From Crocinitomicaceae bacterium (GTDB taxonomy: Bacteria; Bacteroidota; Bacteroidia; Flavobacteriales_D; Crocinitomicaceae), in assembly GCA_044350515.1 (NCBI GenBank), contig JBILHL010000002.1:1-64000 (forward strand): a stretch of 64,000 nucleotides of DNA, given 5' to 3'. How positions within the stretch are numbered: position 1 is the stretch's first letter; each line of letters opens with the position of its first letter. This document shows positions 59,551 through 64,000 of this stretch, in pieces. The notes beneath the pieces were generated by a model. It was not told where the DNA came from. It worked only from the letters and a program-made list of their open reading frames with translations, and did not search any database. Both the position numbers and the translations under genes were made by a program.

Positions 59551-61074
59551 TCATTTTCTAAAAAAAGAAACATTTTTTTTCTTTGCTTTTCTAAATCTTT
59601 CGATTAAGCAATTTACTGTTATGACTCCAAAAAGTAAAACTAAAGGAAAAACAGGTAAAGTGTAACGTTCTTCGATTCCTCGTTGGAAATAGATTAGATA
59701 AAAGCAATAAAATAAAACTCCCAAAGCCAATAAGCGAACTTGAGAATTTTTACCGACAAAAAAGACGAAAGGAAGCAAAATAAAAGCCAATGAATGAATG
59801 AAAAAACAAACGTAGCGCAATAACTCCATCCAAATTGTTCCTCGATAGGCATGTTGAAATTGATGCAGCGAAAGATTAGAATGAAAGACAAGTGATTTTG
59901 CAACTTTAGAGGGTGTTCTCAAGTGATATTCTATTTTATTCTTGCTTCGAAATTTAAGAGTTAAACGTTCAAAGTTTTTCTGTGCCCGAACCTCTTCTTT
60001 GAATAAAAAAGAAGGCATTTTTTTTCGCTCATCAAAATAGGGTTTTTGAACCAAAATAGCCTCTCGATATAACTCAAAAGCCCAAATCAATTCTTTTTCA
60101 CCAAGTGATTTCACTACGTTTTTAGGAATTTGAGCTACTACTTTATCGATTTGCTTTTTGGAAGTATCCAATGCCATTGTTGCTTCCCAAAAGGGTACAA
60201 CCGTTTCGTGAAAATGTGCACCGTTTGATTCCCAACCTTTAAACATGTTCCATAACGATTCGTGTGGTTTGCGAAAAACGCCAGGGATTTCATTTTGATA
60301 AATAGGATGTAAACCAATCCATTTTCCAAGTTCAATTTTTGATTTTATCTGCCACGAAACAAGACCTGATAGCGAGATTGAAAGGAAAAGTAAAGTATTT
60401 AAAACAGTGGTTAAAAGTCCTTTTTGGCGAAACCAAGTAATGAGTAAACCCAAAGCGAAAAAAGGCAAAAAGACAATCAAAAAAGGACGAACAACTAGTA
60501 AAACTGCAGCAACACTTCCAGCTAGAAAAAGATATAACAATTGATACCTGACCTCTTTTTCAGCGTTTAACTTTAGCAATAAATAAATGGAAATAAGTAA
60601 CAAAGCCGGTGTAATTCCCTCTGTCAAAGTGTAATATAAAAACCCCATCGAAAATGGCAAAAGACCATAAATCAAAGCAGTAATCGCTGACAACCAATTG
60701 GATTTTGCGAAAAATAAAGCAATCTCGAAAAGACAAAAAACGGAGAAAGCAAATAAAACGCATTGAACTGATTTAAGCACAAATAATCCATTTGATTTAC
60801 CTCCCAATTTTAAACTGAAATAGTAGAGTAAACCATAGCCAGGAGGTCGAATCGAAGAGGCAAATCTCTCATATTCAGTCTCGTTTTTACTACCATTTTT
60901 ATACAATCGCTGATAAGGATTCAGATAGCTAGCATCGTCTTCGGTAATGACAGTTTGATTTTCGCGAAGTGGAATACCTACAACTTTTAGGTTTTTCAAA
61001 TTTAGTTCATTCCAAAAAAATGCACTCAATAAAGCAAGTAAAGCTATTGAAATTGGAACGATTCTATTAAACAT
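59551..61074 (-). CDS. polytopic membrane protein, GT39/GT83-like (ArnT/PMT-type) glycosyltransferase fold
   Basis: 507 aa, more than 10 TM helices, loop IRPPGYGLLYY resembling GT-C family proteins. Confidence 0.4.
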   Translation of the reverse strand: MFNRIVPISIALLALLSAFFWNELNLKNLKVVGIPLRENQTVITEDDASYLNPYQRLYKNGSKNETEYERFASSIRPPGYGLLYYFSLKLGGKSNGLFVLKSVQCVLFAFSVFCLFEIALFFAKSNWLSAITALIYGLLPFSMGFLYYTLTEGITPALLLISIYLLLKLNAEKEVRYQLLYLFLAGSVAAVLLVVRPFLIVFLPFFALGLLITWFRQKGLLTTVLNTLLFLSISLSGLVSWQIKSKIELGKWIGLHPIYQNEIPGVFRKPHESLWNMFKGWESNGAHFHETVVPFWEATMALDTSKKQIDKVVAQIPKNVVKSLGEKELIWAFELYREAILVQKPYFDERKKMPSFLFKEEVRAQKNFERLTLKFRSKNKIEYHLRTPSKVAKSLVFHSNLSLHQFQHAYRGTIWMELLRYVCFFIHSLAFILLPFVFFVGKNSQVRLLALGVLFYCFYLIYFQRGIEERYTLPVFPLVLLFGVITVNCLIERFRKAKKKNVSFFRK

Positions 61075-61195
61075 AAATCAAAAAGTATCGCTAAATATAA
61101 AAACTTTTTCGACAATCTATGTTATATTTTGATTAACAGATAGTTACTGAAAAGTTTTGTTAATAAAACCTCTTTATATGCTATCCAAACTTAAT

Positions 61196-62458
61196 CTAAA
61201 CGTGTTTTTCCCAAATCTGAATCAATTCAACCAATGTTTTTACTGCTTTTTGCATGTCTTGAATACTCACATATTCGTGTTTGGAATGAATCGCCATTTC
61301 TCCTGTAAAGATATTAGGACAAGGCAATCCCATAAAAGACAAGCGCGAACCGTCCGTTCCTCCTCTAATAATCGTGCGTTTTGGTTCTATTCCAGCCTTA
61401 ATCATTGCTTGTTCAACGTAATCTGTAACGAAAGGAATTTCTTGTAAAATTTCCTTCATGTTGCGGTATTGCTCAATTACTTTAAAATCAAAACTTGTCC
61501 CTGGATATTGATTGACGATGCATTCTGTTATACGCTTCAATTCTGTTTCGTATTCTTCCAATTTAGACGTTTGATGATCGCGAATAATGAATTGTAATGT
61601 TGCTTGTTCCAGTCCGCCTTCGATGGAAGTTGGATGCACAAATCCTTCTCTATTGCTTGTAGTTTCAGGCGACCAACGATCTTTTGGTAAAGCCGCAACT
61701 ACTTCTGAAGCAAGTTTAATTGCATTTACCATTTTATTTTTAGCGTATCCTGGATGTGCACTGATTCCATGAAACGTAATTTTAACCGCATCAGCTGAAA
61801 ACGTTTCATCTTCAATATCGCCCAATTGTCCACCGTCTAAAGTATAACCGTAATCAGCATTTAATTTTTTCATATCTAGCTGTTCCACACCGCGACCTAC
61901 TTCTTCATCTGGGGTAAACAAAATGCGTACATCACCGTGTTTCACTTCAGGATGTTGCACCAAATATTGAACGAAGTCCATAATGATAGCAATTCCAGCT
62001 TTGTCGTCTGCGCCTAATAATGTCAAACCACTCGCTGTTATCAAATCGTCGCCTATTTTTGATTTTAAATACGTGTGTTTTTCAGTTGTAATAATTTGTG
62101 TTTCATCATCTGGAAGCACAATTGGTGTTCCGTCATAATTGCGATGAACGATAGGTTTTACGTTCGTTCCACTACAATCTGGCGCTGTGTCCATGTGAGA
62201 ACAAAAACAAATTGTTGGCAAATCTTTGTTCTCTGAATTTGATGGGACAGTTCCGAAAACGTATCCCCATTCGTCCATTTCAGCGTCAACGATACCTAAA
62301 TTTTTCAATTCTTCCACTAACACTTTAGCTAAATCTTTTTGCTTCATCGACGAAGGAAACGATTCAGAATTGGGATCGGCAGTGGTATCAATTTGAACGT
62401 ATTTTAAGAAACGTTCTTCAACGCTATAAGAATAAGACATACTAATGAGTTTTTTCAA
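61196..62458 (-). CDS. pepT: peptidase T (tripeptide aminopeptidase, M20B)
   Basis: MSYSYSVEERFLKYVQIDTTADPNS N-terminus and HMDTAPD/GADDKAGIA metal-site motifs; start may be at 62440. Confidence 0.85.
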   Translation of the reverse strand: MKKLISMSYSYSVEERFLKYVQIDTTADPNSESFPSSMKQKDLAKVLVEELKNLGIVDAEMDEWGYVFGTVPSNSENKDLPTICFCSHMDTAPDCSGTNVKPIVHRNYDGTPIVLPDDETQIITTEKHTYLKSKIGDDLITASGLTLLGADDKAGIAIIMDFVQYLVQHPEVKHGDVRILFTPDEEVGRGVEQLDMKKLNADYGYTLDGGQLGDIEDETFSADAVKITFHGISAHPGYAKNKMVNAIKLASEVVAALPKDRWSPETTSNREGFVHPTSIEGGLEQATLQFIIRDHQTSKLEEYETELKRITECIVNQYPGTSFDFKVIEQYRNMKEILQEIPFVTDYVEQAMIKAGIEPKRTIIRGGTDGSRLSFMGLPCPNIFTGEMAIHSKHEYVSIQDMQKAVKTLVELIQIWEKHV

Positions 62459-62507
62459 ATGTAGTGAGAATTAGAGAAATGATAGAATAGTGCGTGCAAA
62501 ATGAATT

Positions 62508-63677
62508 TTAATAACTCATCCCAAAATGCCAAAGTGGAATGGTATTCATGTAACCATATTCGATGTCGTCTTTCACAATGAAAGCATTTTTTAAGTCAAA
62601 GATTTGCTTTTTGGTTTTACTTTTTCCTCCCACCTCAAAAATAGCGTCCTCAATTTGAAAATCCGCCGAAATGTGTGAAGTAACTTTGTGTTCCAAACTC
62701 ATTTGATTGAGAAAAAAGGTTTCTCTTACATTTCCAAGATCTGTTGCGGTCGAACCTATTGCATACATCAAATTTGGATTGTCCAAATATATTTTATTTG
62801 TTTTACCCAGCATTCTTAAGCTTTCCGTTTTATCTCTCAACTGCATACTGATTCCAGCCTTTTCAAAATAATATAGAAAATCAACAATCTGATTTCTATG
62901 CACATCAACCAACTCTGCAATCTTTGTGAAATTGGGTTTGAAAGGAACACTTTTCGCAATAATTGAAAGTAAAAGTTTTAGCTTATAAGCTGTTGACACG
63001 TTCATTTTTGCATAAATTGGAATATCTGTTTCAATGGTCATATTCAAAATGTTATTCAATTTTTGAGTATAATCTGGCTCATTAAAAAAGGGATAATAAC
63101 CTTGTTTTAAATAGTTTTTAAAATGCATTAAAGGAAATTCTATACCTTTAAATTCTACTTTATTTTGCAGGATTTCTTCCAAGGAATAGCTCTTCAAACT
63201 CAGTCCTTGCGAAAGATTTAGGTATTCTCTAAATGATAAGCCTTGCAAGTGATACGTTATCACTCTTCTGCTCAAATCATCCGTTCCTTTGTATAAATCT
63301 AAAATGGATGAACCTGTAAAAACAATCTTTAACTTTGGTAAATTGTCGTACATCATTTTGATTTCCTTTGACCAATTTGGGTACTTATGAATTTCGTCAA
63401 TGAATAGATTTTCACCACCATTCAACTGAAACTGATAAGCTAAATCATACAATGTATTTGTCGAGAAATAAAAGTCATCGGCACTTACGTATAATGCTTT
63501 TGTGATTTCATAGTTAAGTTTTATTTGCTGCAATAATAGCGTAGTTTTACCAACTCCTCTTGCGCCAAGAATAGCAACAATTCGATTTTCCCAATTTATT
63601 TTCGGATGCAAATACCTTAAAAGTGTCGTGTCAGTTCTAGCTAACAAAGCTCTATATTGTGCAATTATTCTTTCCAT
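62508..63677 (-). CDS. AAA-family ATPase of the AAA_14/DUF4143 type (second copy)
   Basis: Walker A ILGARGVGKTTLL, Walker B LFIDEIHK; paralog of 46834..48144. Confidence 0.7.
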   Translation of the reverse strand: MERIIAQYRALLARTDTTLLRYLHPKINWENRIVAILGARGVGKTTLLLQQIKLNYEITKALYVSADDFYFSTNTLYDLAYQFQLNGGENLFIDEIHKYPNWSKEIKMMYDNLPKLKIVFTGSSILDLYKGTDDLSRRVITYHLQGLSFREYLNLSQGLSLKSYSLEEILQNKVEFKGIEFPLMHFKNYLKQGYYPFFNEPDYTQKLNNILNMTIETDIPIYAKMNVSTAYKLKLLLSIIAKSVPFKPNFTKIAELVDVHRNQIVDFLYYFEKAGISMQLRDKTESLRMLGKTNKIYLDNPNLMYAIGSTATDLGNVRETFFLNQMSLEHKVTSHISADFQIEDAIFEVGGKSKTKKQIFDLKNAFIVKDDIEYGYMNTIPLWHFGMSY

Positions 63678-63832
63678 TTTATGTTATTTGAAACAAAAAT
63701 AGCTATTTTCGCTGAATTTATTTAGCGATTAATTAATTTATTGATAATTTAATTTAGCTATTATTAATTTTTATGCTGAATCATAGTAGCGAAATTAGCG
63801 TATTTGGAATTTGAATTGTTGTGTTAAATGGG

Positions 63833-63898
63833 AAACGATTGAAATCGTTATTACTTTTGTTGCTCTCTCATAGGTTTGGGTTTAAATCCGAACCTATG
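63833..63898 (-). ncRNA. copy C of the two-hairpin element: hp1 AAACGATTGAAATCGTT (63833-63849), hp2 CATAGGTTTGGG-tttaaa-TCCGAACCTATG (63869-63898), 156 bp upstream of the second DUF4143 ATPase gene
   Basis: Seen directly; same orientation and spacing as copy A relative to its ATPase gene. Confidence 0.45.
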
Positions 63899-64000
63899 AA
63901 GAATTATATTCACCAACCACTTTAATGGTTTACAATTTTATTTTTTGTTAACGTAAAAAAATAAGAGAAAAAAAAAGGCATAAAATTTTCACTAAATTCG

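Overview
AT-rich, gene-dense chromosomal segment that looks like Bacteroidota/Flavobacteriaceae. The taxonomic cues are a PorP/SprF T9SS gene, an LptD-amidase-MlaD block, thyA-folA, yqiJ-yqiK flotillin and frequent TTG/GTG starts. Core genes present: deoC plus an aldehyde dehydrogenase, holA, rsmE, folA/thyA, a NarL-type response regulator, a flotillin module, pirin, nitroreductase, mscL, a LuxC-like acyl-CoA reductase with ferredoxin, cyanophycin synthetase cphA, a paaABCD cluster with two tandem paaE-like reductase genes, an SDR, sprF, lptD, amiC, mlaD, an Fe-S oxidoreductase pair and pepT. Accessory content: (i) an AbiEi/AbiEii type IV toxin-antitoxin pair directly beside tRNA-Arg(ACG); (ii) a large membrane-anchored alpha/beta-hydrolase with no canonical start codon; (iii) a roughly 8 kb accessory stretch (about 43.2-51.6 kb) encoding Fic, a TPR-CHAT protease-like protein, an AAA/DUF4143-type ATPase, a putative outer-membrane beta-barrel, a Cys-rich protein and a tandem-HTH protein. 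This stretch is punctuated by a repeat system I cannot assign to any known family. It has two parts: nested palindromic arrays of a 16-bp unit AAGTTCCGCAGGATTT (up to a 61-bp perfect palindrome), and a two-hairpin element whose copies differ by compensatory base changes. The two-hairpin element sits about 160 bp 5' of both DUF4143 ATPase genes in the window. Two gene lesions are visible: an in-frame TAA splitting a TPR-PD40-OmpA lipoprotein gene (which also has a T7 tract at its start), and a frameshifted ALDH paralog. No CRISPR array, rRNA, integrase or transposase was seen. All calls rest on reading the ORF translations and raw sequence by eye; no database search was run.
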